A stretch of 64,000 nt of DNA from Cycas panzhihuaensis (lineage: Eukaryota > Plantae > Cycadophyta), in contig CM041465.1 in assembly GCA_023213395.1 (NCBI GenBank), forward strand, positions 187,557,741 through 187,621,740, given 5' to 3'. Position numbers and translations under genes: made by a program. The notes beneath the pieces were generated by a model that saw nothing but the letters and a program-made list of their open reading frames with translations, ran no database searches and was not told the DNA's origin. The first letter of the stretch is position 1. The number at the start of each line of letters is the position of its first letter. This document shows positions 47,176-61,816 of this stretch, in pieces.

Positions 47176-50100
47176 ATGGAGCATGTGATGCCCAAAGTTA
47201 TCTTTAACGGCAACAATTTCAACGAGTGGAAGGCCAACATGGAGTTATTATTGATGGTGATTCAACTCTATGGAATTACTAAGACAAAGGTGGACGCAAT
47301 CCCACTTGACCAGAAAGAGCGTGTGCAACTTGAGGAGAAGCAATTTATGGCTGTAGGTTGTTGAAACTGTCACTAATGTGGGACCAGAGGGCTTTGGTTC
47401 ATAACCTTAATATTGGAGTTTCTCAATTTTAGGATAGAAGATGAGACCAACATAAGTTATTATCTGAATAAAATCATTGACTTGAGGAATAAGCTAGAAG
47501 AGTTGAAGCTGAATTCGATCAGTGATGTGCTCTTGTTTGCCATAATCATGTCGAGGTTGCCAGTTGCTTTTGCCACTTTCTAGACCATTTATGCTAGAGA
47601 TGAGTGATGGAGGCAGAAACCTTTGATGGCATTAAAAATCTTATTCTAAAAGAGGATGCCAAGTTAAAACATCATAGAATGCTTGGAGGTTCCGAGTCGA
47701 GTCAAGCCTTAGTCATGAAGACACAGAGGAGAGAGGTCATTCAGGAGGAGAAGTTCACACATAAGTCTAGGGAAGACTCTCAAGAGAAGAAGAAATTCAA
47801 TGGTAAATGTCACTACTACAAGAAGGATGGTCATAGAGAAAAGAATTGTTGGTTCAAGAGATGGGACAAACCCAAAGTTAGCTAGGATGACAAAGGGAAG
47901 AGCATTGTAGCACATTGCGTCAAAGCATCAACCTTGTCAACTGAGTCAAATTAGAGAGACTACTAGATTTTGGACTCTAGAGCATAGATGCATATCTCTT
48001 TCCAGAAGCCCAACTTTGATGCGTGGAGTGAAAATCATAGAGGTGTGAAGATCATCCTTGGAGATGCTCGCATGTTGCCAGTGGAAGGTGTTGGCAAAAT
48101 TTCCTTGGTAGGTGGTAAGTTTACAAGGGTATATTATGTACCCAACATGCAATTGAATTTGCTTTCGGCCCAAGAAATCTACAAACATGGAATGAAGGTA
48201 GAGCTTTGTCATGATAGATGCCTAATTAAGGATCCTAAGTAGAATTTCTCTGTCATTGCTATTGGAAAGGTCAGAGATAACTTTTGGGTGTTTGAGAAGT
48301 TTTAATCTCAGAAGAAGTCTTACACCTTTGTTGCCAGTGCGGATGATGTGAGCAAACAGTGGCATGATCACCTAGGTCACTTTAATTATAGAAGCATTGC
48401 ATTGTTGAAGAGGTTGAATATGGTGGAAGGATTACCATTTGTTTTATGCTTTGACGGTGTTTGTGAAGGGTGCATGTATGAAAAGCATCATCACTATCCT
48501 TTTGCTTGGGATAATGCCTAGAGAACCAAGAAAAAGCTAGAGCTTGTGCTTACAAATATAATGGGTCCACTCCCAAACTCCTTAATACTAAGAGCTCGAT
48601 ACACCTTAGTGTTTGTGGACGATTACACCAAGAAGGCCTAGGTATATTTCCTAAAGAATAAGTCAAATGTGTTTGATCACTTCCATGACTAGAAAGCAAT
48701 GGTTGAGAATGAAAGTGAGAAGAAGATTAAGATATTGAGAAGTGATAATGGCAAGGAGTACGACAATCATGCATTTAATCAGTTCTACCAGGATCATGGT
48801 GTAAAATAGGAGTTTATGATCCCGTATAGTCCACAACAAAACAATGTTGTAGAAAGGAAGAATTGTACCATGATGGAGATGGCAAGGCGTATGGTGCACT
48901 CGAAAAACTTGCCAACGATGTTTTGGGTAGACGTTGTGGTGACTACTGTTTACATTCTGAATTGGGTACCCACTCAAGCAGTTCGAAGCGTGACCCTCAA
49001 AGAAAAATAGACCAGTCATAAACCTATCATTAGCGATTTAAAGACATTTGGGTGCATTGAATATGCACACATCCTAGATGACAATTGTAAGAAGCTGGAT
49101 TGAGAAAGTCTAAAGTGCATCTTTGTGGGGTATTAAAATCAAAATAAAGCTTACAAACTATGGGATCCATAGGGGAGAAAGATTGTGATTAGTCGAGATG
49201 TCAAATTTGATGAGTCATCGACGTATCATGTTGAAAAATCATCAAAAGAGCCTTTTTAACCCCCACTACTTCCATTTCCAAATTTGTTAGTCAAAGAGGA
49301 CGATGAGCCAGTTGGTGGAATTCATGAGGAAGTTGGACCAAGTGGAGTGAGTAATAGTGAGGAGTTGGCACATGCAGAAGTACCTCGAGCACCAGGTCCT
49401 TCTATACCGTTATGGGCAAGTAGGACAATAGAGGATTTTGGAGTGGCGATGCATACCCTTGTTGATGACAGGAGAACAAGAAGTCAACATGCTAGTTGAA
49501 CTCTACTAGTAGACACCAATAAATTCAATGATCCTAATTCATATGATGAAGCGAAAGGTGATCCACAATGGAGAGCTACAATGGAAGAGGAGTATGGTTT
49601 ACTCATGAAGAATGACACATGGGATTTGGTTTTGATCCCTCCGACAAAGAACCTTGTTGGATGCAAGTGGGTCTACAAGACTAAGTTTCGCTCTGATGGA
49701 GAGATGGACAAGTACAAGTTTGAGCTTTTCGCTCAAGGGTTCAAATAAAAAGAAGGAATTGATTATGAGAAGACATTTGCACTAGTCTCCATGATAACGA
49801 CAGTTTGTTTGATCATTTCTTTAACAGTTGCTTATGGTTGGGAGTTACACCAAATGGATGTTAAGTTTGCATTTCTTAATGGATATCTAAAGGAGGAGAT
49901 TTACATGTTACAACCTCTGGGATTCATTAAGGAAGGCTAGGAGCATCTTGTGTGCTGGTTGAAGAATTCACTCTATGGCCTGAAACAAGCACCCTGTGCT
50001 TGGTATGAGAAGATTGATGCCAAGTTGAAAGTTGAAGGATTTGTTGTTTCTGATCTCGACCCGAATCTATATGTGAAAATGAGGGGAGCCTCGTAGTAGC

Positions 50101-51511
50101 TATTCTGTTGTATATAGATGACTTACTCATCGAAGGCAACTATAATAAGACTATTGTATGAGTCAAGTCCAATTTGGGAGCTACTTTTGACATGACAGAC
50201 CTTGGAAGACTTCACTGCTTCTTGGGCATTCAAGTCAGGCAAATGGAAGATCGGATCATGCTGTTGCAGACACAATACATGAAGAACCTCCTGGAGAAGT
50301 TTGGGATGTAGAATTGTAAACCAGTTGTAACACCATCTATTAAGGGCACAAGATTGCAAAAAGATATGGCCAAACCCTCTGTAGATGGAACAAAGTACCA
50401 TTAGTTAGTAGGGAGTCTGATCTATTTGACTCATACCAGACTAGACATTGCCTATGTTGTTGGATTGGTTTCTCAATATATGTAGAATTTTCAAGAGCCA
50501 TATTGGGTTGTCGCGAAGTAGATTCTGAAGTACTTGAAGGGGATGTTCAATCTTGGTTTTGAATGCTGTCGTGGTGAGGAGATAAAGTTGTATGGATACA
50601 CTGATGTTGATTGGGGAGGAGGCTCTAATAATCAGAAGTCCACTACTAGCTACATCTTTGGTGTCGGTAATGGATTTGTTTCGTGCCAGTCGAAGAAGCA
50701 ACAAAGAATAGCATTATTTTCTATAGAGGTAGAATATTAAGGACTCAATGTGAGTGTGAAGGAAGTTGTATGGTTGCAAGGTCATTTGGAAGTTCTTGGA
50801 GTTTCAAATGGGCATCTAATTATTTTCATCGATAATGAGAGTACCATTTGTTTGTCAAAGAATCTAGAGTTTCATGCTCATATGAAGTACATCGAGATAC
50901 AACACCACTACATCTATGAATAGATCAAGTCAGAAAAGTTGCAGGTTGACTATTGTTTGAGTGAATATCAGCTTGTAAGCATCTTCACCAAAGCACTTAC
51001 TGAAGATCAATTCACAAAGATACGTACCAGATTAGGACTCTCAAATATTATCCTTGAGGGGGGATGTATCAACAAGGATAAAGAAGCAGGATAGTCCCAA
51101 CCTTTATGATAACACAACTGCTATAGGTTGCAAGCTCCCCACATTCACATTAGGGGGGGGATGCTAATGTGGTAGTTGTTTGTTAAGCCATTGGTTAATG
51201 TTAATGTGGTGGTTTAACTTAATTGTGATTAATAAAATGGTGCGAGTTATGTAGAAGGTCACAACCTTGTTAAGTGACATCTCTTGGAAAGATATATAAA
51301 TCCTAGAGCCCTTGTATATTCAATCAATTCAAGTAGGTAGTAATCAATGTGATCTATTGATCTTTATGATAAGTTTTTTCTCGAAAGGGTTTTCCACATA
51401 AATCTTGTGTACCGTGCATCTGTATTCTGTGTATATCTTGTTTGCTTGTAGTGTATGGTAAAAGATTCTGTGGAATATAAACATGTATGTATGTGTTCGT
51501 GTTCCTTAACA
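47176..51511 (+). mobile_element. Ty1/Copia element I (gag-PR-INT-RT-RH-3' LTR); matching 5' LTR not found
   Basis: gag (FNGNNFNEWK) with a CCHC remnant near 47810, INT (PQQNNVVERKN), RT near 49970 (LYGLKQAP), RH (YTDVDWGG). Purine tracts near 51055 and 51151; putative 3' LTR 51162-51511 ending TTAACA. Confidence 0.85.
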
Positions 51512-51625
51512 AAGTCGGATATATCTATGAGATTGACTATAGTGATTGGGTAAGCCCATTGGTGGCGTAAAGAAAAATTGGATGGTCATAGTTTGTGTGG
51601 ATTACTAGCAACTGAATAAAGTCAC

Positions 51626-54600
51626 TACAAGAAAAATTTGAGTTAATACATTAATGAGGGTGATCCCTTTATAAATACATTACAGTTTGTACAGGACAAT
51701 GACAACCACTCAATGTGATTCTGCCATTTGTCACTCTAAGAGCAAAGAGGGAATGATACATGACCCTCATTATTACAATAGAGAGAACAAGTGTTATATG
51801 TCCTAGAACATAAAATGTCCTAGATAAAGCATTACTTCTAACACCCCCTCTTAATGTTTTATCTATTTTACTCCTAACTTATTTTTGAAAAACCAGAACT
51901 TATCTTTACTTAATGTTTTTGTAAAGATATCAACAGTTTGATTTTCTAAAGAACTGTGTAAAAGTTCAATCTCCTTATTCTGAACTTTTTCTCTAATAAA
52001 ATGATGATGAACTTCTATATGTTTTGTCCTTGCATGCAATATTAGATTCTTTGTCATCTTGATTGTGTTTTGATTGTCATAGAACAACTGAGTAGGTGAT
52101 GTCTGTTCATGTCCTAAGTCTTTCAGCAGTAGCTTGATCCAGACTACTTCACAAGCTGTATTCACTACTGATTTGTATTCCGCTTCTGTTGATGGTAAGA
52201 CAACCATGTGTTGCTTTTTATTGCTCCAAGAGATCAAGCCTAAACCAAGATAGAAGCAATAACCTGATGTAGACTTTTTGTCTACTCTATTTCTTGCCCA
52301 ATCTGAATCACCAATTCCTGTTAACTACATGTCATTGTCTTTTGTATACTTTAGCCCTAGATTTGTTGTTCCTTTTAGATACCGGAGAATTATTTTTGTA
52401 GCATTCCAATGTGACACTCTTGGATCCTGCATAAACCTGGATATTACTCCAACTAAATAAGAAATATCTGGTCTAGTGGCAGTAAGGTAGATCAAACTTC
52501 CAACCAACTATCTATATATAGTTGCATTAACAACTTGTCCTTCTGAATGAAGATCTAATACATAGCCAGTTTCCATCGGGGTGACAACATTGTTGTAATT
52601 TTCCATGTTGAATTTTTTAGCATATTTTTGACATATTTTGATTGAGATAGAACAACAGAATTATTTTGTCATGTAACTTCTATTCCCAGATAGTAATGCA
52701 ACATTCTGAGATTTGTCATTTCAAAAGCTTTTTCTAACTATCTTTCGATGAATGCAATTGAGTCTGTGTCGCTTCCAGTGATTAGCATGTCATCTACATA
52801 TACAACTATAATGGAGACCATTCCTTGGTTGAATTTTACATATAAACTATGGTTGGATTCACATCTGTGAAAGCCATTTTGGACAAGATATTTATCCAAT
52901 TTAGCATACTAGGCTCTTGGTGCTTACTTGAGCCCATATAATGCTTTCTTTAGTTTGCATACTAGTTTCTCTTGTCCTAACTTGACATATCCTTCTAGCT
53001 GATGCATGCAGACCTCTTCTTGAAGATCTCCATTTAGAAAAGCACTCTTTACATCCAGCTAATAAATTTTCCATCCTTGTTGGGTAACTATTGCAATTAT
53101 TGTTCTCATAGTGTTAATTTTGCCACTGGTGAGAATGTTTCTTCATAATCTATTCTGGCTATTTGTGTATATCTTTTTGCCACCAATCTTGCTTTGTATT
53201 TTTCAAATTCACCATTTGGCTTTTCTTTTACTTTATGTACCCATTTGCAATTTACAATGAGTTTGTCTTTAGGAGATTCTACTAGTTCCTAGGTTTCATT
53301 TCTAGAAATCACTCCCATTTTAGTATCCATTGTTGTTCTCCATGCTTGGTGCTGACTTGCTTCTTCAAATGTGTTAGGATCAATGGAATAGATTAGTACC
53401 TATGGCTTTAAGACCTCGTTCTATGCTCAAATACCTCTCCTTTTGCTTCTTCAAGAGTCTTGAGATACCATTTTGGTATCTTCTTAGAACTTTGTTCTTG
53501 CTCTAGCTTTGGTTCTTCTTCTTTTGCTAACATGGGATCATTCATCTGATTGTTGTCAGATGATTATTCTTCAACAATCTCAGTACCAACACTTTTCGAG
53601 GTGATTTCTAATTCTTCATCTGATTGAACCATATTTAGTTTTCTATCACTACCAGTTGTTGTGTCTATCTCCTGATACACTGTCTTGACTCAATCTATGC
53701 CTTCATCGAATATGACATCTTGACTTACATAGAGTTTATTGGTTTTTGGGTCAAGATATCTATATGCTTTTGAGCAATTATTATACCCAACCATTATGCA
53801 CTTTACACTTTTATTATCTAGTTTAGTTCTTTTTCTATCCAAAGTGTGCACATATGCTTTGCAACCAAAGACTTTGAGATGACTTATGTCTGATTTATGT
53901 CTGGTCCATGCTTCTTCAGGTGTTACTTTGTCTAAGGCTTGAGTTGGACTCCTATTAATTAGATAGACAACAATGTTTACTGCTTCTACCCAATACCTTT
54001 TTGTGATTTTCATGTCATGTATCAAACATCGTGCCATTTCTAGAACAATTCAATTCATTCTTTCTACCACACCATTTGATTGAGATGTGAAGGGAGTTGT
54101 AATTTGCCTACGAATTCCATGTAATTTGCAGTACTGAAGGAATTCCTTGGACACATACTCTCCTCCTCCATTAGAACAAACACACTTGATTTTTTGATTA
54201 CTTTCTAGTTCTACTTCTGCTTTGAACTCCTTAAAGTAATCAAGTACTTCTAATTTGTTGAATAGAAAATACACCCATGTTTTTCTTGAGAAGTCATCAA
54301 TCAAGGTTAGAAAGTATCGTGCACCATTTGTTAAGTTAGGGGTGATAAGTCCACAGAGATCAATGTGGACTAGATACAGTTTGTTCTGTAGTTTCCATGT
54401 GCTTTTTGTGAAGGGAGTCCTGTGTTGTTTATCCATCATACAGTTTTTGCATACAAATGAGTTTAAAGAGATATTCAACAAACCATTTACCATCTTTGAA
54501 TTTGTTATTTCTTTTAACCTATCATGTGAGATGTGTCCATACTTCAAATGCCACATTTCATTATCAATATTGTTTTCCATTGCAAGCGAATTTACTTTAG

Positions 54601-56926
54601 ACACGGGTGTGGTAGGCCCTTTATCAGGCAAAATAGGAGTGGAGAGCAACTTGTAGAGTTAGTTTCGTTTTACTCCTTTGGCTATTATAATGCCATTCCT
54701 CTTCATATCTAAGATGTAGCAATAACCATTTTTATCAAATATGATTCTTAACTTCTTTTCACTTAATTGAGACACTAATAGAAGATTTTTTTTTTCATTC
54801 CAAGTAGAAAAAGAACATTGCCTATTTGTTAAATTTTTCCATCAATTTTAACGGTTATCAACCCTATCCCTTTATATGAAGGGAAAAGTTGTCTGCTAGC
54901 TCCACAGATTTATTACAATCATAAGGTTTTAGAATTTCAAACCATTCCTTGACTTTGGTCATGTGGTTGGAGGTTCCTGAATCAACATACCAATCTTTTG
55001 TTGCTCTATTGTTGGTGACTAAGGTAGCTACAAAAGTTGTTTTAACTTTGTCCTTTGTCGTGTCTCGTTCTTTGCTATAGTTCCCCAAAATTTGCTTCCC
55101 TCTCTGAATTTCTGCCTGTCTCTGATAGCATTGATATGGGTAGTGTCTAGTTTGCCTGTAGTGGTAGCAGACATCAAAAGCCTTGCAATTATTCAAGAAG
55201 TGACCAAGTTTTTTGCAATTGAAGCAGACTCTTGAATCACATGAAGGAGTGGATCTTGCTCTTCCTCTTCCTTCAGTCCAACAACCTCTATTGCCAATTG
55301 ATGCCCTGCCACGTGCTTTAAGGTTATGTTGACTTCATACCTGACCACCTAGATTCAATTTGGTGATAAGTGCATCTTCCATCTCAACATCTTCTTTATG
55401 CCTCAGGTTCTTTGCTCTTGACTTGGCATGTGACTTTTAAGGACATCAAGAGTCATAGTGGTTGTTTGTCCTCCATCTGTTAGCATGTTGACCATTTTGT
55501 CATATGATTTTGGTAATTTATTGAGTATAAGATGTACTAATTCAATGTCAGTTATTTTATCTCCTACTGTGAGAAGTGCATTTTTAACATTGGTCAACTT
55601 GGCTATGAAGTCTGAGACTGGTTGACATTCTCTCATTCTAAGCTTATATAATTCTTCCCCGAGGGTAACTATTCTAGCCTTTTTTTTTTTAACTGAACAT
55701 TGAGGATATTATTTTCTAGACTTCATAGGCACTTTCAATGGCATCAACATATGTCAGAAGGGAATTTGAAATCAAGAGTTTGAGGACAACTACAACATTA
55801 TTGTTTCTTTCTTCCCAGTTCAACAAATCTACTATATCTATGAGCTTTTTTTCTTCCCAGGTTGTGATCTTCCAGGCATGTTTGGCTCTTAAGAGTCCTT
55901 CAATTTTTATTTTCCAGAGGCTAAAATTCGTTTCAGTTAATTTATCTGCTTCAGGAAGAGCTATAGTAGAGGAGGCCATGATTGGATTGTTTATTGCAGA
56001 GAGGAAGACTGAAGAAACTGAGTTGCAGGGTCATACGGCTATACAATGTACATAAATGTACGGAATTCAGGAAAAAAGGGTCTAAATTGAAGTACTCGAC
56101 AAGAGAAATCTAGATCTGAAATTATTTTTTACAAAAAATGTCTAGTTTGCTAAAAATTTGAGGTTGAAACCCTAACTAGCGGGCTATGGTTTAAAGTGAA
56201 AAATGCTTCAAATAAAAAAAAAAAACTTCAAAACTGCCTTTGAATCTAGTCTTAAAAGATTTGTATCAAAAAGAGGATCAATTTGATGTAGGTATTACCC
56301 AGAGAGATTTATTCGTTTTGAAGAAAAAAACAGAAATCTCCACAAACCTATGCCTATGTAAATCTAGTCAAGACCCTTTTGAAATGACTTTGAATGTAGT
56401 CAAGCCTTTAGAGAAAAATGGCGGCCTTGCTCCTACGACCTTATTGGTGAAATTTGAGAGCAATCTAAGCATTTTGATTTTTTTGTCTGTACAACGTTTG
56501 TATAATGTTCGTACAACATCTGTACACTAATCCTTCTATCCTATTTGTCCTCTGGGATGACTTGCACTTTAGATAGATTGATCTCCTTCTAAGATTTAAT
56601 TCTTCAGATTAATTTTTAACGATTTCTTTCAAAACCCTAATGACCTTCTTGTGTAAATTTGGACACAAAATTGATCCTCAACCAGATAGTTTAACCCTGC
56701 TCTTATACCATATAAGAAGAATACAAGCCAATTCATTAATGAGGGTGATCCCTCTATAAATACATTATAGTTTGTACAAGACAATGGCAACCACTCCATG
56801 ATTTTGCCACTTGTCACTCCGAGAGCAAAGAGGGAATGATACATGACCCTCATTATTATAATAGAGATAACAAGTGTTATATGTCTTAGAAAATAAAGTG
56901 TCCTAGATAAAACATTACTTCTAACA
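51626..56926 (-). mobile_element. Ty1/Copia element D, full length, degenerate
   Basis: LTRs at 56711-56926 and 51626-51843, TSD GTCAC (51621-51625 and 56927-56931). PBS TGGTATAAGAGC at 56699-56710 and PPT from 51844. gag from 55979 (MASSTIALPEADKL), PR (WYVDSGTSNHM), INT, RT and RH. Same broad family as A and E. Confidence 0.95.
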
Positions 56927-57213
56927 GTCACAAAGAAATATCCCTTTCCAATTCCCTTCATAGAGGACAAGTTGGAGATTGTAGGAAGTAAAGAGGTGTA
57001 CTTGTTTATAGATGGATTCAATGGGCATAATCAAGTTTTAATTATTTTAGAGGATTAAGAAAACACAACCTTTGTGACAAAATGGGAGACTTATACCTAG
57101 AGGGTCATGCCCTTTGGGTTAACAAATGTCCCAACCACATTCCAGTGCATTGTAATTAATATCTTTAGAAAAATGATAGGCAATAAAGTGGTAGAATTTC
57201 TAGATGATTGGAC

Positions 57214-60200
57214 TATTAGAATGTTAATGTTTTTATCCTAAGGTTGTGTTTTATGAAATTAAAAGGGTTATGTGTCTGAAACTTATTAATCTGACACTTG
57301 TCAGTCATGATGGACACTTGTCGTCTATGTACAGATTAGTTATGTAAGATTACTTGTATAAAAGAGGGAATACCCCTTTCATGAAATCAATGAACAATTC
57401 AATTCCATTATCAGAGAGTTTCAGGAAAATCCGTACACCCCTTCAATCTAAGAGAGTTTCAGGAAAATCCGTACACCTATTCTTTTGACTATAAATCCAT
57501 ACAATCGTACATACTAGTCTGATTGCAGTCATTCCATAGGCCTGAATCACAATTCTTGTCTTCAAAAATAGCAAAATGGCCTCAATTTATTCTCTAGGTG
57601 AGTCAAATAAATTGACAGGTACAAATTACTCAGCATGGAAAATTAAAATGAAGGGATTTCTGATTGCAAAGAATGCATGGAGTTAGTCACTCAAAAAGAA
57701 GTAAAACCAACCACAAATGTAGTAGCAAAAATTAGTTGGGAGGAAAGAGATAGGTAGGCTTTAATCATAATCACTCTGTCCATTAGTGACTCAATTTTAA
57801 CTCATATTAGTGGAGTCTCCACTTTTGTTGAAGTATGGAAAATCCTATCTTTCTTATTTAGTCAAAAAAAATGAAGCTTGTATTATTTCTCTAAGAGTAC
57901 AACTTTACTGACTTCATTTACAAGAGGGACAACAAGTTACCGATTTCATCACCAAACTGGTAGACATCAAGGATAACCTAGCCTTTGTTGGAGAGACCAT
58001 GTCAAATACCGAAATGGTTCACCCGGTACTCTTTCGACACATTGTGTGGTCATTTGCTTCAACAGGAACAAAGAACTTACAAGTATGAAGGAGTAGATGT
58101 TGAAGAAGCCTTTATCTCAAGGCTTAGAATTAGTGAAAGAGTGGGACAAAGTACTAGGGGAAGATCATTCAAAACTAGAAGCAACAAAGGAAGTTCCTTC
58201 AGAGGAACTAGAAGAGGCCAATCACCAGATACTCGAGTATGCTATCAGTGTAGAAGAATAGGTCACATTGTAGCAAAATGTAGAACAACAAAAAGTTGCC
58301 CATGCTATTATTGTGAAAGTCATGGGCATCTCTCCAGCAATTGTTTCTACAAAAGATCTGACATTTCCAAGGGTAAACGAGTTGAAGGAAATTGTAGTAG
58401 AGAATAGTCAAAAGATGAAGATGATGGAGAGACTTCCTTTGTTGCTGCTTTAGTTTCATCCATTCAACACAGTAAAAATCGGTTTCTTGACTTAGGTGTA
58501 TCAAACGATATGATAGGTAGAGAAGATTGGTTTGAATCCTTGCAGCCATCCTTGATGAACAAAATTGTGGAATTAGGTGATAATCATCTTCTAGAAATCA
58601 AAGGCAGAGGAACTATAGCAATCCAAATTAAGCATGAAATTTTAAAAAATGGAAATGTGTTATTTGTACTAGGCACGAAGAAGAATCTTCTTTCAAGATC
58701 ACAGATAAGAAAGAAGAAACTTCATCTGATCTTTCATGAAAATGGTAAATGTTATATTCTCGATATGAAAAAGGGTGGTCAAGTCATTGCTAAGGGAATA
58801 GAAATTGATGATCTTTTATAAGTTGGTTTCTACCCCTATTATCCCCTCTATAAAAGCTCTTGTTGTCTAAGATAATAATAATGAAATCTAGCTTTCTCAC
58901 TATGGGCATATTACTGATGATAGATTAAAATTGCTAAAAAATTCCAAGATGGTTGATGGATTGCCTATTAATCTTACATTGAATGCCTATGTTTGCAAAA
59001 GTTGTATGCTAGGGAAACATCATAGAATGCCATTTCAAGAAAGCAATTAGAAAGCAAAAGAAAAACTAGAATTGATTCACAATGATATATGTGGACCTAT
59101 TATACCAAACTCTGTAAATGGTGCCAAGTATTTTTTCACTTTTATAGATGATTTTACTAGAAAAGCTTGGGTTTACTTTATATTTAGTAAATCTAAAGCC
59201 CTTGATTGTTTAAAAGAGTTCAAAGCTCAAGTAGAACTCGAAAGCGGGCACAAAATAAAGATGTTGAGGACAAACGAAGGTGGAGAGTATGTCTCAAATG
59301 ATTTTTCAAGTTTTTGCAAAACTCATGGCATCCGTAAGCAGATTACAACTCCATATGTGCTATAGTCAAATGGAATAGCTGAAAGATTAAACAAGACCTT
59401 AACCGAGATGGATCGATGCATGATGAAGGACAAAAAGTTATCAAACATATATTGGGCTAAAGCTGTCAACACTATTGTCTACCTGACAAATAGATGTCCT
59501 ATGAAGGCACTTGACAAGGTCACTCCTGAAGAAGCTTGGACAAGCACAAAACTAGATGTAAGTCATCTAAGAATTTTTGGATGTACTGCCTATGTACATG
59601 TTCCAACTCAAAAAGAACCAAATTAGATGATAAAAGCATTGAATGTATTTTAGTTGGATACAGTACAAAATCGAAATCTTATGGATGCATAGACATCAAA
59701 ACAAAGAAATATATGTAAGTAGAGACATAACCTTTGATGAAGAGGTCTCCAGAAATAAAGATATTGATTATTCTCAAAAGAATATAATAGTAAAAGATAA
59801 TATAGAATATACTATAAGTCCTGCTAAGGAAGAATCAAAAGAAACAGAAAAGTCGACCTCTCAAGAAGATACAAAAGAGTCGACTTCTCAAGGAGAATTA
59901 GAAGAGGAAGGATAGGAAAATGTCTCAAGAAAAGGTTAGCTAAATGGTGCCTAAAAATTATTGAAGAATTGGAAGGAGACGTATTAGAACACACAACCAT
60001 ATCTCAAAGGCATCAAGCCTTGGTCTACTCAATCAAACCTCAGAACTTTGAAGAAGCCTGTGGAAAAATAGAATGGGAAGAAACTATGGACAAGGAAATG
60101 AAGTCCTTAAATCAAAATAACACTTGGGATCTAGTTTCGCTTCCAAAGGATAAACCCATTATGGGTTATAAAGGGTATATAAAATAAAAGAAAAACCTGA

Positions 60201-61816
60201 TGGAAGCATAGAAAAAAATAAATCCCAGCTTGTAGCAAAAGGATACACCTAGACAACAAACATTGACTATGAAGAAACATTTACTCTGATAGCAAAGCTC
60301 ATAACCATTCGCACCGTCATAGCCTTGGTAGCTCAACACAATTAGAAAATTGTGCACATGGATGTAAAAAGTGCCTTCTTGAATAGTGATCTCAATGATG
60401 AAGTTTATATGGAACAACCATTAGGATACATAAAGAGTGGGGAAAAACATCTAGTTTACAAATTGAAAAAGACACTATATGGTTTAAAGCAGGCACCCAA
60501 AGTGTGGTATACCAAGTTGGATCTTCATCTACAACAAGGAGGACTTCATAGATGCAAAGTAGATCTAAGCCTTTATATAAAAAAATAAGGTAATTTGATC
60601 ACCATTATTGTAGTATATGTAGATGATCTGATTATCACAAGGAATGATAATCAAACCATTAGCCAGATACAAGGACAAATGGAGAATAAATTTGAAATGA
60701 CCAACTTAGGTGTTCTCCACTACTATCTTGGTATAGTAGTCGATCAAGGAGAAAGTGGGATTTTTATCTCACAATTCAAATACATAAAAAACTTGCTAAA
60801 AAGGTTCAACATGGAAGAATGCAATCCATGTGTTATATCGATGGAAATAGTTGTTTCTTCACTAATGATGAGAGTAAACAAAAGGAAGTAAACGAAATTC
60901 TCTTAGGGCAACTTGTTGGGAGCTTAATTTATCTGATAGCAACCAGACCCAATATTTCCTTCTTTGTTGGAGTCATTTCTAGGTTTATGCATAATCCAAA
61001 GATTGCACATGGAATGCTACCAAGAAAGTCTTGAGATATATTAAAGATACCTTAAATTTTGGGCTACAATACACAAGGATAGATGAGCTAGATCTAATTG
61101 GATACATTGACTCTGATTGGGCTAGAGAATTCCTAGAAAGGAAATCAACATCTAGATATTGTTTCAGTCTTGGATCTGCTATAACATCTTGGAGCAACAA
61201 AAAGCAACCAATAGTAGCCTTATTTTCTACAGATGTTAAATATAAGATTGTTGTAAGCGCAACCTGTGAGGCAGTCTAGTTAAGACAACTATTGAATGAT
61301 CTAAATCAAGGCTATGAAAAGGCAACAACAATTTATTGTGACAGTCAAAGTGTGATTAAGCTTACCAAGAACCTTGTCTTTCATGTAAGGTCCAAACACA
61401 TAAAGATTCATCATCACTTTATCAGAGAAAAGGTTTAGAATAAAGAAATCAAGTTACAATATTGCAGTAGTAATCAACAAGTTGCAGATGTTTTTACAAA
61501 ACGATTGCCAAAGGACAAATTTCAATATTTAAGGGATTTACTTAGAATGAAAAGCAAAGGATAAAACATTAGGGAAGGTGTTAGAATGTTAATGTTTTAT
61601 CCTAAAGTTGTATTTTGTAAAACCAAAAGGGTTATGTGTCATTGTAGTATCTTTGTATTAATCTGACACTTGTCACTCATGATGGACACTTGTTGTCTAT
61701 GTACAAATTAGTTATGTAAGATTACTTGTATAAATGAGAGAACACCCCTTTCATCAAATTAATGAAGAATTCAGTTCCATTATTATAGAACTATGTTTAG
61801 TCTATTTTTTCCAACA
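57214..61816 (+). mobile_element. Ty1/Copia element E, degenerate, 5' LTR/PBS partly deleted
   Basis: 3' LTR at 61579-61816 matches 57214 to about 57410, TSD TGGAC (57209-57213 and 61817-61821). gag from 57576 with two CCHC knuckles, INT, RT (YVDD), RH and PPT AGGGAAGG. Confidence 0.93.
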
